A model generated the notes under the pieces. The model did not search any database and was not told the DNA's origin. It worked only from the letters and a program-made list of their open reading frames with translations. A program made the position numbers and the translations under genes. A stretch of DNA of 51,118 nt from Bradyrhizobium sp. (GTDB taxonomy: Bacteria; Pseudomonadota; Alphaproteobacteria; Rhizobiales; Xanthobacteraceae). The DNA is taken from assembly GCA_049674245.1 (NCBI GenBank), contig JBATYU010000406.1, positions 1-51,118 of the forward strand. The letters run 5' to 3'. Positions 9,711 through 19,377 of the stretch are shown here, one piece after another. How positions within the stretch are numbered: position 1 is the first letter of the stretch; every line of letters begins with the position of its first letter.

Positions 9711-10298
9711 TCAGGCAACGCACGAATTCCATTGCTCCGGCGCTATGTCTTTCTGCTCGCGCGCCGCGCCAGCCCGCTTCGCAGCCATGTGATAAGCGGT
9801 GCAGGCGTCGAACAGGCTGCCGAAATCTGCGGTCAATCCGCCGGCGCTGATGGCGATGCCGTCGAGGCCCATTGCCCTGTTGGCATGCAACATGGCTTGC
9901 CTGGCTTTGCTGATGAAGAGCTGCTGCTCCAGCGCTGGCGTTATCTTCAGCACGATGAATTTTCGCCGGCGACATTCGCCCGTAGAAACGTCAGCAATCG
10001 AATCCCAGAGGATGAATTCATTCGCGACGCGCAGATCGCGAATGCCGTAGCGGCCGATCAGGAGAACCGGGCCTCTCGCGGCTAACAGCAGCCAGATCAG
10101 CCGGCAGGTCGCGGCTCCGAAAACGATGAGGCCGACATAGCCGGCCAGCGCGTGGTAGCGGCCGAGGCCGCCGTCACCGAACCAATCGAAGGCGACGCTT
10201 GCGCTGAGCAGCGTCATCGTCGCCGCCAGCGCGACAAGGGGCAGCATCCGCGGACTCGAATACCCGATCTCGACTTCGTCAGGCGTGTCAGGATTCAT
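9711..10298 (-). CDS. Hypothetical membrane protein, STM3941-like
   Basis: 195 aa with two N-terminal TM helices, then PVLLIGRYGIRD...FILWDSIADV (bacterial PH-like pattern). Confidence 0.65.
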   Translation of the reverse strand: MNPDTPDEVEIGYSSPRMLPLVALAATMTLLSASVAFDWFGDGGLGRYHALAGYVGLIVFGAATCRLIWLLLAARGPVLLIGRYGIRDLRVANEFILWDSIADVSTGECRRRKFIVLKITPALEQQLFISKARQAMLHANRAMGLDGIAISAGGLTADFGSLFDACTAYHMAAKRAGAAREQKDIAPEQWNSCVA

Positions 10299-10625
10299 GG
10301 TTCGGGGTTCCCGCGCCTCCTCTTCCTCACCAATCGAACAATCCTCGCCCGAATCTTAGGTGATTCGCGCCAGTTGGGAGACATTAACTTGCTGTCAATT
10401 GGTCGTATTTCCGAACAGGCCGGGCGGCTATCCTGGCCCCGGAACTAGCGATCCGGTCGGGTCTCAGTCGATGGGCCGGCGCACGCTGGATCGATATGTC
10501 GTGAATGGCGTTACCCCTTGAGCGCGCACATATTTCTATCGCCGCGCCCTGCAACCGACGTTGACATTGCCGAGCCGGATGCTGGAACCTTCGATTGGGC
10601 AGGCTCAAACAAAAAGACAGGCACC

Positions 10626-13472
10626 ATGAATCCCGTCAAAGCACTCGAACACCACGGCCAATCGGTCTGGCTGGATTTCCTGGCCCGCGGCTTCGTCGCC
10701 ACGGGTGGGCTGAAAAAGCTGATCGATGCCGACGGCGTCAAAGGGGTCACCTCGAATCCGTCGATCTTCGAAAAGGCGATCGGCAGTTCCGACGAATATG
10801 ACGGTGCGATCGGCCTCGCCTTAAAGAGCGGCGATCGCGCGGTCGCCGATCTGTTCGAACATCTCGCGGTCGAAGACATCCAGCATGCGGCCGACGTGTT
10901 GCGGCCGGTCTATGACCACCTCGAGGGCGCGGACGGCTTCGTGAGCCTGGAAGTGTCGCCCTATTTGGCGATAGACACCAAGGCCACGATCGCCGAGGCC
11001 GAGCGGCTCTGGAAAGACGTCAAGCGCAAGAACCTGATGGTCAAGGTGCCGGCGACGCCGGAGGGTCTGCCGGCGATCCAGCATCTGATCGGCGAAGGCA
11101 TCAGCATCAACATCACGCTGTTGTTCTCGCAAGACGTCTATCTGCAGGTTGCGGAGGCCTACCTTTCGGGCCTGGAAAAATATGTCGCCAAGGGCGGCGA
11201 TCCCTCCCATGTCGCGAGCGTTGCGAGCTTCTTCGTCAGCCGCATCGACACCATGGTCGACAAGCAGCTCGACGAGAAGATCGCAAAGGCCAACGATCCG
11301 ACCGAGAAGGAGCGCCTGGCCGCGCTAAAGGGCAAGGTCGCCATCGCAAACGCAAAACTCGCCTATCAGGAATACAAGCGTCTGTTTTCGGGGCCGCGTT
11401 GGGAAAAGCTCAAGGCAAAGGGGGCAAAACCGCAACGCCTGCTATGGGCCTCAACCGGCACCAAGAACAAAGACTATAGCGACGTGCTCTATGTCGAAGA
11501 GCTGATCGGTCCCGACACCATCAATACCGTGCCGCCGGCGACGCTGGATGCGTTCCGCGATCATGGCAAGCCGCGCGACAGCCTGGAGGAGAATATCGAG
11601 GACGCCCGGCGCGTGCTCGAAGAGCTCGACAGGTCCGGCATCTCGCTCGATGCCGTCACGGCTGAGCTGGTCAAGGACGGCGTCAAGCTGTTTGCCGACG
11701 CCGCCGACAAGCTTTACGGCGCGGTCGCCCACAAGCGCGCAACCGTGCTCGGCGGCGGTATCGACCGCCAGGCGCTGAAGCTCGGAAACCACATCGGCAA
11801 GGCGGTCGAGAGCGCGACCGAGCAATGGCGCGCGTCCGCCAAAATACGCCGGCTCTGGCAGCACGATAAATCGGTCTGGACCGGCGCCGACGAGGACAAG
11901 TGGCTGGGCTGGCTGGACGGCCCAGCCCGCGCCGACATTGCCGACTACGAGGACTTTGCGCAGCGCGTGAAGGGGCAAGACTTCACCGACGCCGTGGTGC
12001 TCGGCATGGGCGGCTCGAGCCTGGGTCCCGAAGTGCTGGCGGAGACGTTTGCCAAAAAATCCGGTTTTCCGAAATTGCACGTTCTCGATTCAACCGACCC
12101 TGCGCAGGTGCGATCGATGGAATCCGCGGTCGACATCGCCAGAACGCTGTTCATCGTCTCCAGCAAATCCGGCGGCACCACCGAGCCCAACGCGATGAAG
12201 GACTATTTCTTCGGTCGCGTCGCAACCGCCATCGGTGCCGACAAGGCCGGGCATCGCTTCATCGCGGTGACCGATCCCGGCTCGTCGCTGGAGAAGGTTG
12301 CCACCAAACAGGGTTTTGCGCGGATCTTCCACGGCGAGCCCAGCGTCGGCGGCCGTTACTCCGTGCTGTCGCCGTTCGGACTGGTTCCGGCCGCGGCCGC
12401 GGGCATAAACGTTCGCACGCTGATCAAGCACACGCTTGCCATGGTCCGTTCCTGCGGCGCAGACGTGCCGCCGCATGAAAATCCGGGCGTGCAGCTCGGG
12501 CTTGCGATGGGCCTTGCCGGGCTCGAAGGCCGCGACAAGGTGACGATCTCGGCTTCGAAGAAGATTGCCGATTTCGGCGCTTGGGCCGAGCAGCTGATCG
12601 CTGAATCCACCGGCAAAGAGGGCAAGGGCCTGATTCCGATCGATGGCGAGCCGCTCGCCGATCCGGAAATCTACGGCAACGATCGCTTCTTCATCGATAT
12701 CCGCACCGACGGCGACAACGACCGCGCGCATGACGAAAAGCTCGACGCGCTGGAACGGGCCGGCCAGCCCGTCGTCCGCATCGTGATGCGGTCGATCGAT
12801 CATCTCGGCCATGAATTCTTTCGGTTCGAGATGGCGACCGCGGTCGCAGGCTCGATCCTCGGCATCAATCCTTTCAACCAGCCCGACGTCGAGGACGCCA
12901 AGATCAAGACCCGCGAATTGACTACGGCGTTTGAAAAAACCGGCGCGCTGCCGGCCGAAAAGCCGGTGATGGCATCTCGCCAGGCCGATCTCTACACCGA
13001 CGACCACAACGCCGCCGACTTACGCAAGGCGGGAGCCGATGGCGATCTCCGCTCCTGGATAAGGGCCCATCTCGACCGCTCGGGTGCCGACGACTATGTG
13101 GCGCTGCTCGCCTATATCGCGCGTGACGATGCGCATATCGATGCGCTGCAGGACATGCGGCTCAAGGTTCGCGACAAGCGCCATGTCGCCACCTGCGCCG
13201 AATTCGGACCGCGCTTCCTCCATTCCACCGGCCAGGCCTACAAAGGCGGGCCGGACAGCGGGGTGTTTCTGCAGATTACCGCCGACGACGCCAAGGACCT
13301 CGCCGTCCCCGGCCAGAAGGCGAGTTTCGGCGTGATCAAGGCGGCGCAGGCGCGCGGCGATTTCGACGTGCTGACCGAACGCGGCCGGCGTGCGCTGCGC
13401 GTGCATCTGAAAGGCGATCTGGCATCGGGACTGAAGATGCTCGATGAAGCGATCACCGAGGCTTTAGACTAG
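10626..13472 (+). CDS. tal-pgi: Bifunctional transaldolase / phosphoglucose isomerase
   Basis: N-half: QSVWLD, GVTSNPSIF, VKVPAT (Schiff-base Lys), SFFVSR, LWASTG. C-half: GMGGSSLG, SSKSGGT, GGRYSVLS, QLIAESTGK. Confidence 0.95.
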   Translation: MNPVKALEHHGQSVWLDFLARGFVATGGLKKLIDADGVKGVTSNPSIFEKAIGSSDEYDGAIGLALKSGDRAVADLFEHLAVEDIQHAADVLRPVYDHLEGADGFVSLEVSPYLAIDTKATIAEAERLWKDVKRKNLMVKVPATPEGLPAIQHLIGEGISINITLLFSQDVYLQVAEAYLSGLEKYVAKGGDPSHVASVASFFVSRIDTMVDKQLDEKIAKANDPTEKERLAALKGKVAIANAKLAYQEYKRLFSGPRWEKLKAKGAKPQRLLWASTGTKNKDYSDVLYVEELIGPDTINTVPPATLDAFRDHGKPRDSLEENIEDARRVLEELDRSGISLDAVTAELVKDGVKLFADAADKLYGAVAHKRATVLGGGIDRQALKLGNHIGKAVESATEQWRASAKIRRLWQHDKSVWTGADEDKWLGWLDGPARADIADYEDFAQRVKGQDFTDAVVLGMGGSSLGPEVLAETFAKKSGFPKLHVLDSTDPAQVRSMESAVDIARTLFIVSSKSGGTTEPNAMKDYFFGRVATAIGADKAGHRFIAVTDPGSSLEKVATKQGFARIFHGEPSVGGRYSVLSPFGLVPAAAAGINVRTLIKHTLAMVRSCGADVPPHENPGVQLGLAMGLAGLEGRDKVTISASKKIADFGAWAEQLIAESTGKEGKGLIPIDGEPLADPEIYGNDRFFIDIRTDGDNDRAHDEKLDALERAGQPVVRIVMRSIDHLGHEFFRFEMATAVAGSILGINPFNQPDVEDAKIKTRELTTAFEKTGALPAEKPVMASRQADLYTDDHNAADLRKAGADGDLRSWIRAHLDRSGADDYVALLAYIARDDAHIDALQDMRLKVRDKRHVATCAEFGPRFLHSTGQAYKGGPDSGVFLQITADDAKDLAVPGQKASFGVIKAAQARGDFDVLTERGRRALRVHLKGDLASGLKMLDEAITEALD

Positions 13473-13550
13473 AGCATGATCCCGAAAAGCATGCCCTCGG
13501 GCTACGACCCGATGGGTGGATACCGGTTTTCGGATCAGATCCGCTCAAAA
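13469..13550. repeat. Rhizobial palindromic intergenic repeat (CTAGAGCATGATCC... type) with a nested hairpin
   Basis: Left arm GAGCATGATCCCGAAAA pairs imperfectly with right arm TTTTCGGATCAGATCCGCTC. Inner hairpin is CCCTCGGG-CTACGA-CCCGATGGG. Its CTAG supplies the tal-pgi stop codon. Confidence 0.75.
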
Positions 13551-13566
13551 TAAACAAGGAATAAAA

Positions 13567-14565
13567 ATGCAGCTTGGCATGATCGGCTTGGGGCGAATGG
13601 GCGGCAACATCGTCCGCCGGCTGATGAGATCAGGCCATTCGGCCGTCGTCTACGACAAGGACGAAAAGGCGGTGGCAGCGCTCGCCACCGATGGTGCGGC
13701 CGGCGCAAAAACGCTGGAAGATTTTGTCGCAAAACTCGAAAAGCCGCGCACCGCCTGGGTGATGTTGCCGGCAGGCAAGATCACTGAGGCGACGATCGAG
13801 GCGCTCGCCAAACTGATGCAAGGAGGCGACGTCGTCATCGACGGCGGCAATACGTTCTGGCAGGACGACGTCCGCCGCGGCAAGGCGCTGAAAGAGCGCG
13901 GCATTCACTATATCGATGTCGGCACCTCGGGCGGCGTCTGGGGCATCGAGCGCGGCTATTGCATGATGATCGGCGGCGACAAGGCGGTGGTCGATTGGCT
14001 CGATCCGATCTTCGCCGCACTGGCGCCCGGCATCGGCGATATCCCGCGCACCCCCGGGCGCGAGGGATGCGATGCCCGGATCGAGCAAGGCTACATCCAT
14101 GCTGGTCCGGTCGGCGCCGGACACTTCGTCAAGATGATCCATAACGGCATCGAATACGGCCTGATGCAGGCCTACGCCGAAGGGTTCGACATCCTGAAGA
14201 ACGCCAATATCGAGGCGTTGCCGGTAGAACATCGCTTTGACCTCGACATCGCCGATATCGCCGAGGTGTGGCGTCGCGGCAGCGTGATCCCGTCATGGCT
14301 GCTCGATCTCACCGCGTCCGCGCTCGCGGAAAATCATGCGCTCGATCGTTATTCGGGATTTGTGGAAGATTCCGGCGAGGGCCGCTGGACCGTGAATGCC
14401 GCCATCGACGAAGCCGTCCCTGCCGAAGTGCTGACCGCAGCGTTGTTTGCGCGTTTCCGCTCGCGAAAAGAGCACACCTTCGCGGAAAAAATTCTCTCCG
14501 CGATGCGCGCCGGATTCGGCGGCCATCGCGAGCCGCTGCAGAGCGCGGCAAAGCCGAAGGCGTGA
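13567..14565 (+). CDS. gnd: 6-phosphogluconate dehydrogenase, short (YqeC-type, probably NAD+-preferring)
   Basis: [39 protein letters not shown] and MRAGFGGH; 332 aa. An acidic residue follows beta-2 (YDKD). Confidence 0.95.
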   Translation: MQLGMIGLGRMGGNIVRRLMRSGHSAVVYDKDEKAVAALATDGAAGAKTLEDFVAKLEKPRTAWVMLPAGKITEATIEALAKLMQGGDVVIDGGNTFWQDDVRRGKALKERGIHYIDVGTSGGVWGIERGYCMMIGGDKAVVDWLDPIFAALAPGIGDIPRTPGREGCDARIEQGYIHAGPVGAGHFVKMIHNGIEYGLMQAYAEGFDILKNANIEALPVEHRFDLDIADIAEVWRRGSVIPSWLLDLTASALAENHALDRYSGFVEDSGEGRWTVNAAIDEAVPAEVLTAALFARFRSRKEHTFAEKILSAMRAGFGGHREPLQSAAKPKA

Positions 14566-14570
14566 TACGG

Positions 14571-16082
14571 ATGCCCGACGGTCAAGTTACCCAGAGAAAA
14601 CCCGACGCCAGCGCCTTCGTCATTTTCGGCGTCACCGGCGACCTGGCGCATCGGCTGGTCATCCCTTCACTCTACAATCTCGCCGCGGCCAATCTCCTGC
14701 CCGGCAAATTCTGCGTGGTCGGTGTTGCCCGCAACGGCATGTCGAACGACCAATTGCGCGACAGCCTGATGAAGGGCCTGCGCCAGTTCGCGACGCGGCC
14801 GGTGGACGACACTGTCGCCAAACGCCTGCTCGAATGCGTGACCTGCATCGAGGCCGACCCCAAAGATCCGGCCTCGTTCGATGCCATGCGAGCGCAACTC
14901 GACGAACTCGAATGCGCGCGGGATACCGGCGGCAACCGGCTGTTTTATCTCGCCACGCCGCCAGGCGCCTTCGCGCCGATCGCCCGCGAGCTCGGCCGCA
15001 CCGGTTTGCTGCAGGAAAAAAACGGCGCCTGGCGCCGGCTGGTGGTGGAAAAGCCGTTCGGGACCGATCTCGCTTCCGCCAGAGCGCTGAACGGCGAACT
15101 CCTGAAGATCCTCGACGAGCACCAAATCTACCGGATCGATCACTATCTCGGCAAGGAGACGGTGCAGAACATCCTGGTGCTGCGTTTCGCCAATGGCATG
15201 TTCGAGCCGATCTGGAACCGCAATCACATCGATCACGTGCAGATCACTGTCGACGAAAAACTCGGCGTCGGGCACCGCGGCAGCTTCTATGATTCAACCG
15301 GCGCGCTGCGCGACATGGTGCCGAATCATCTGTTCCAGCTGTTGTCGCTGGTCGCGATGGAGCCGCCAATCCGTTTTGATGCGCATGCCGTGCGCACGGA
15401 AAAAGCCGAGGTGCTGGCGGCGATCCAGACCCAGAGCGAGACGGATGCGCTGAAGAACTCGGTGCGCGGCCAGTATCTCGGCGGCACGATCGACGATACT
15501 GCGATGGAGGATTATCGCAAGACCAAGGACGTCCAGGCCGACAGCACGACGGAAACCTATGCCGCGCTGAAGCTCGCCATCGACAATTGGCGCTGGGCCG
15601 GCGTTCCCTTCTATTTGCGCACCGGCAAGGCGTTGGGTCTCAAGCGCACCGAAGTCGCGATCAAGTTCAAGGAAGTGCCGTTCAAGATGTTCGCCTGCAC
15701 GCCGGTCGACCGGCTGTCGCAGAACTATCTCGTCATCAGTATCGAACCCACCGAAGGCATCACCCTGCAATTCAATACCAAGGTGCCGGGACCTGCGATC
15801 ACGATCGACGGCGTCGAGATGAAATTCCGCTACAAGGACTACTTCAAGGCCGAGCCCGCGACAGGTTATGAGACGCTGATCTATGACTGCATGATCGGGG
15901 ACAATATTCTGTTTCAGCGCGCCGACAGCGTGGAGGCCGGCTGGCAGGCGGTGCAGCCGTTCCTCGATGCCTGGAACAAGGCCGGCGCCAAGGGACTCGA
16001 ATACTACAAGGCCGGCAGCGAAGGTCCCGCCTGCGCAGATGAGCTATTGAAGCGCGACGGACGGAGCTGGCGAAAGCTTTGA
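14571..16082 (+). CDS. zwf: Glucose-6-phosphate 1-dehydrogenase
   Basis: GVTGDLA, VEKPFG, RIDHYLGKE, LRDMVPNH and WAGVPFYLRTGK. Confidence 0.95.
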   Translation: MPDGQVTQRKPDASAFVIFGVTGDLAHRLVIPSLYNLAAANLLPGKFCVVGVARNGMSNDQLRDSLMKGLRQFATRPVDDTVAKRLLECVTCIEADPKDPASFDAMRAQLDELECARDTGGNRLFYLATPPGAFAPIARELGRTGLLQEKNGAWRRLVVEKPFGTDLASARALNGELLKILDEHQIYRIDHYLGKETVQNILVLRFANGMFEPIWNRNHIDHVQITVDEKLGVGHRGSFYDSTGALRDMVPNHLFQLLSLVAMEPPIRFDAHAVRTEKAEVLAAIQTQSETDALKNSVRGQYLGGTIDDTAMEDYRKTKDVQADSTTETYAALKLAIDNWRWAGVPFYLRTGKALGLKRTEVAIKFKEVPFKMFACTPVDRLSQNYLVISIEPTEGITLQFNTKVPGPAITIDGVEMKFRYKDYFKAEPATGYETLIYDCMIGDNILFQRADSVEAGWQAVQPFLDAWNKAGAKGLEYYKAGSEGPACADELLKRDGRSWRKL

Positions 16083-16083
16083 G

Positions 16084-16827
16084 ATGGACACAGGCGATCA
16101 TCGCAAGATCATCACCGTCCCCGATCCGGTAACGCTCGCCAAAACGGCTGCGGATCGTATCCTGGCAAGGATCGCCGCGAACACCGGCCGTATCGCGATG
16201 TGTCTCGCCGGCGGGTCGAGCCCGAAAAAACTCTATGAGTTGCTCGCGACCGAACCCTATCGCGGCCGGATTCCCTGGGACCGCACCCACTGGTTCATCG
16301 GCGACGAGCGCTTTGTCCCGGCGAGCGATCCGCTGAACAACATGGCGATGGCGCGCGGCATCTTTCTCGATCGCTTTGCGCCCGCCTCCCATATCCATCC
16401 GATCCCGACCGATACTGGCAAGCCCGAAGAGAGCGCCGAACGCTATCAGCGCGAACTCAAATTGTTTTATGGCGCGGAGCGGTTGGACCCTGGCCGGCCG
16501 CTGTTCGATGTCGTGCTGATGGGGGTTGGGCCCGACGGCCATACCGCGTCGATCTTTCCCGAGTATCCGGCGCTATCGGAAACCGAACGCTGGGTCGTCG
16601 GGGTGCCACAGGCGCATGTCGCGCCCCTGGTGCCGCGGGTGACACTGACCTTGCCCGCGCTCGCCTCCTGCCGCGAAATGCTGTTCGAGGTCGCAGGACC
16701 AGACAAGCGCGCGATCTTGACGCGCGTAATCGATGGCGAGAACCTGCCGGCCGCCCGCGCGCACTCCATCGGCGAGACCATCTGGCTGGTGGACGCGGCC
16801 GCGCTCCCGGAGAATTTTCGTGGCTGA
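16084..16827 (+). CDS. pgl: 6-phosphogluconolactonase
   Basis: LAGGSSP, GDERFVP, LMGVGPDGHTASIFP and RVTLT. Confidence 0.93.
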   Translation: MDTGDHRKIITVPDPVTLAKTAADRILARIAANTGRIAMCLAGGSSPKKLYELLATEPYRGRIPWDRTHWFIGDERFVPASDPLNNMAMARGIFLDRFAPASHIHPIPTDTGKPEESAERYQRELKLFYGAERLDPGRPLFDVVLMGVGPDGHTASIFPEYPALSETERWVVGVPQAHVAPLVPRVTLTLPALASCREMLFEVAGPDKRAILTRVIDGENLPAARAHSIGETIWLVDAAALPENFRG

Positions 16828-17377
16828 CGAGAAGGAAATACCGTGCGCGCTGGTCGTAATGGGCGTTTCCGGCTCCGGCAAAAGCACGATCGCGGAAAAG
16901 CTGGCCGAGCGGCTCGGCTGGCGTTACGAGGACGGCGACAGGTTTCACCCCGCAGGCAACGTCGCCAAGATGAGCGCCGGCCAACCCCTGACCGACGAAG
17001 ATCGCTGGCCCTGGTTGCAGGCCATCGCCGACGAGATCGACCGGGTCTGCAAGGCGGGCGAGCGTGCGGTGATCGCCTGCTCTGCGTTGAGGCGCGTCTA
17101 CCGCGATGTCCTGGTGCATGGACGGCGCGACGTCCGCATCGTCTTCCTCAGCGGTACGCAAGCATTGATCGCGGACCGGCTTGCCGGGCGCAAGGGACAC
17201 TTCATGCCGGCGGGGCTTCTCGACAGCCAATTCAAGACGCTGGAGCCGCCGGAGAAAAGCGAACATCCCGTGACCGTGTCGATCGACGCTTCGGTCGAGA
17301 CCATCGTTGAGGACATCGTGCGTCAACTCAATCTCAATCCGGCCAGCCGCGGCGCCGCACGCAGGAAACATTCATGA
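16820..17377 (+). CDS. gntK: Gluconokinase (GntK/IdnK family)
   Basis: VMGVSGSGKST, PLTDEDRWPWL, ACSAL and GHFMP..LLDSQF..LE. GTG at 16820 follows a GGAG RBS. Confidence 0.92.
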   Translation: MADEKEIPCALVVMGVSGSGKSTIAEKLAERLGWRYEDGDRFHPAGNVAKMSAGQPLTDEDRWPWLQAIADEIDRVCKAGERAVIACSALRRVYRDVLVHGRRDVRIVFLSGTQALIADRLAGRKGHFMPAGLLDSQFKTLEPPEKSEHPVTVSIDASVETIVEDIVRQLNLNPASRGAARRKHS

Positions 17378-18186
17378 CCCGTATTGAGCTGGTGGTATCC
17401 GATGTCGACGGCACGTTATTGACCAAAGACAAGACCCTGACCGAAGGCGCGAAGGACGCGGCGCGGCGATTGCATGACGCCGGCATCGGCTTCACCATCG
17501 TTTCCAGCCGGCCGACCATCGGCATGGGCTTTCTGATCGAGCCGTTGGCGATCACGCTGCCCATCGGCGCGTTCAACGGCAGCTCGATCGTCGATGCCGC
17601 GCTCGAGCCGATCGAGCAGCACCTGATCCCCGCGTCGGTGGCGCAGCGCAGCCTCGATGTGCTCAACGAATTCGCGGTCGATATCTGGCTGTTCACCAAC
17701 GAGAAATGGCTGACGCGCAAGCCCGAGGGCGAATACGTCCCGCTTGAAAAGCGCGCGATCAGGCATGATCCGACGATCATTGCGGATTTTGCGCCGCACC
17801 TCGCGAGCGCCTGCAAGATCGTCGGATCAAGCTCGGATGCGGCGTTGCTGAAGCGTTGCGAAGCCGCAATGCAACAGGCCGTAGGCACGCAAGCGACCGC
17901 CGTCCGCTCGCAAACCTATTACCTCGACATTACCCCGCCGGGCCATGACAAGGGCACGTTCGTGGGCGCGATGGCAAGGCGCCTTGGTATTTCGACCGAC
18001 GCGGTCGCCACCATCGGCGACATGCAGAACGATCTTGCGATGTTCAAAAGGAGCGGCCTTTCGATCGCGATGGGCAACGCCACCGACGACGTCAAGAAGC
18101 AGGCGACGGAGGTGACGGCGTCGAACGAGGACGAAGGTTTTGCCAAAGCGATCGATATGATCTTGAGGAATAACGCGGCGCGTTAG
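17374..18186 (+). CDS. Cof-type HAD-IIB family phosphatase
   Basis: DVDGTL (motif I), SSR (II), DKG (III) and GDMQND...MGNA (IV). Confidence 0.92.
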   Translation: MTRIELVVSDVDGTLLTKDKTLTEGAKDAARRLHDAGIGFTIVSSRPTIGMGFLIEPLAITLPIGAFNGSSIVDAALEPIEQHLIPASVAQRSLDVLNEFAVDIWLFTNEKWLTRKPEGEYVPLEKRAIRHDPTIIADFAPHLASACKIVGSSSDAALLKRCEAAMQQAVGTQATAVRSQTYYLDITPPGHDKGTFVGAMARRLGISTDAVATIGDMQNDLAMFKRSGLSIAMGNATDDVKKQATEVTASNEDEGFAKAIDMILRNNAAR

Positions 18187-18191
18187 ACGAC

Positions 18192-18233
18192 CCTTGGGGG
18201 CGGTACGCCCCGGAACTGACCAAGGTATTTTTT
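18192..18233 (+). terminator. Probable intrinsic terminator of the pentose-phosphate operon
   Basis: GGGGCG-GTA-CGCCCC hairpin inside a CCTTGG/CCAAGG stem, followed by TATTTTTT. Confidence 0.55.
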
Positions 18234-18257
18234 GGTCGCTTCGGTTCGCCGTGTCGT

Positions 18258-19256
18258 TCAGCCCTTTCGGCCGCCTTGCGGCGCGTCTACGAACACCACC
18301 GGCGTTCCTTTTTTGACACTGCTGCCCAAGAGACCGACGTCCCAATTCGTCAGCCGCACGCAACCGTGGGATTCGGATTTGCTGACCTTCGAAGGATTCG
18401 GCGTGCCGTGGATCCCGTATCCCTCCGCCGACAGCCCGATCCAGTATGATCCGGCCGGATTATTCGGCCCGGGCGGAATCGTGAACGCTCGTCTGGATTT
18501 GACGCCTTTGAATTTATAATCGGGATTATAGCGGTAGTTCGGGTTGGCATCGGCGGAGACGACCTTGAAACTGCCGTTTGGGGTCGGCTTCTCCTCGCTG
18601 CCCACGGTCGCGGGAAAGAAGGCGATCAGCGCACCCGACCGGTCGAACGCCTTGACCGTCTGCCGTGACTTGTCGACCTCGATCCGGCCAACGGTCAATT
18701 TGCCTTGTTTGTTGGCGACGTTGGCCACGAGAATGATTTCGCCGGCGCGATCGAATTTCTTGCCCGGGTTGAGAGCCTCCAGCAGCCCTTCGCTCATATG
18801 AAATTTTTCGGCGAGGGCTTCGCGCGGGCTGGTGTAGCTGAGCGCCTTGAGGTCTTTCATATCTTCCATCTTCGCAGGCAATTTTTCCAGGAACGGTCCC
18901 TTCAGATCGTTTTGGGAGATCGTGTATTCGACGATGACGGGATCCTTGCCGGTCGGCGCCAGCGCCGTCCAGATCTCCGGCGTCAGCGACTTGCCGGAGG
19001 CCAGGCCCTTCGCCTCGGCAAAGGCCCTCAGCGCCTTTTGCGCGTTTTCGCCGAGCTTGCCGTCGATTTCCCCGGGCGAAAACCTGGCCCGGTCCAGCAG
19101 AACCTGTGCCTTGACGACGACGGCATCGACCTTGTCTTCGCTGGGAGGCTTTGAGCCGAACTCTGCGTTGTTGACGGCCGCCGCATCAAGGCTGGCCCCC
19201 GCAGCCGGAAATACCAGCCAGCCCAAGAAAATGGTCGCGACTAACCAGCGCATCAT
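18258..19256 (-). CDS. L,D-transpeptidase (YkuD/ErfK family) with signal peptide and peptidoglycan-binding domain
   Basis: Signal peptide, AQVLLDRARFSPGEIDG, PPGPNNP.G and catalytic GIHGT...SHGCVRL. Confidence 0.92.
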   Translation of the reverse strand: MMRWLVATIFLGWLVFPAAGASLDAAAVNNAEFGSKPPSEDKVDAVVVKAQVLLDRARFSPGEIDGKLGENAQKALRAFAEAKGLASGKSLTPEIWTALAPTGKDPVIVEYTISQNDLKGPFLEKLPAKMEDMKDLKALSYTSPREALAEKFHMSEGLLEALNPGKKFDRAGEIILVANVANKQGKLTVGRIEVDKSRQTVKAFDRSGALIAFFPATVGSEEKPTPNGSFKVVSADANPNYRYNPDYKFKGVKSRRAFTIPPGPNNPAGSYWIGLSAEGYGIHGTPNPSKVSKSESHGCVRLTNWDVGLLGSSVKKGTPVVFVDAPQGGRKG

Positions 19257-19286
19257 CTTGTACCCTCCAGCGGGAGTTCCGACGAC

Positions 19287-19311
19287 AATGAAGCTTGGGC
19301 TGGCAAGTTCC
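19287..19311 (-). promoter_or_regulatory. sigma-EcfG-type promoter of the L,D-transpeptidase
   Basis: GGAAC-N16-CATT on the minus strand, about 30 nt upstream of the start codon. Confidence 0.6.
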
Positions 19312-19377
19312 GCGCCTGCGCCTAGAAAGCGATGAGGGAGCTGGATTTCTCGGGGAGTCGTCCCGGCGAATAGACGC

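Noticed and set aside
10384..10398. CtrA-like site TTAA-N7-TCAA
   Set aside because: A single mismatched copy with no cell-cycle gene context; likely chance.
10584..10609. EcfG or sigmaE promoter upstream of tal-pgi (GGAAC-N16-TCAAA)
   Set aside because: The -35 matches, but the -10 fits neither CGTT nor the sigmaE spacing.
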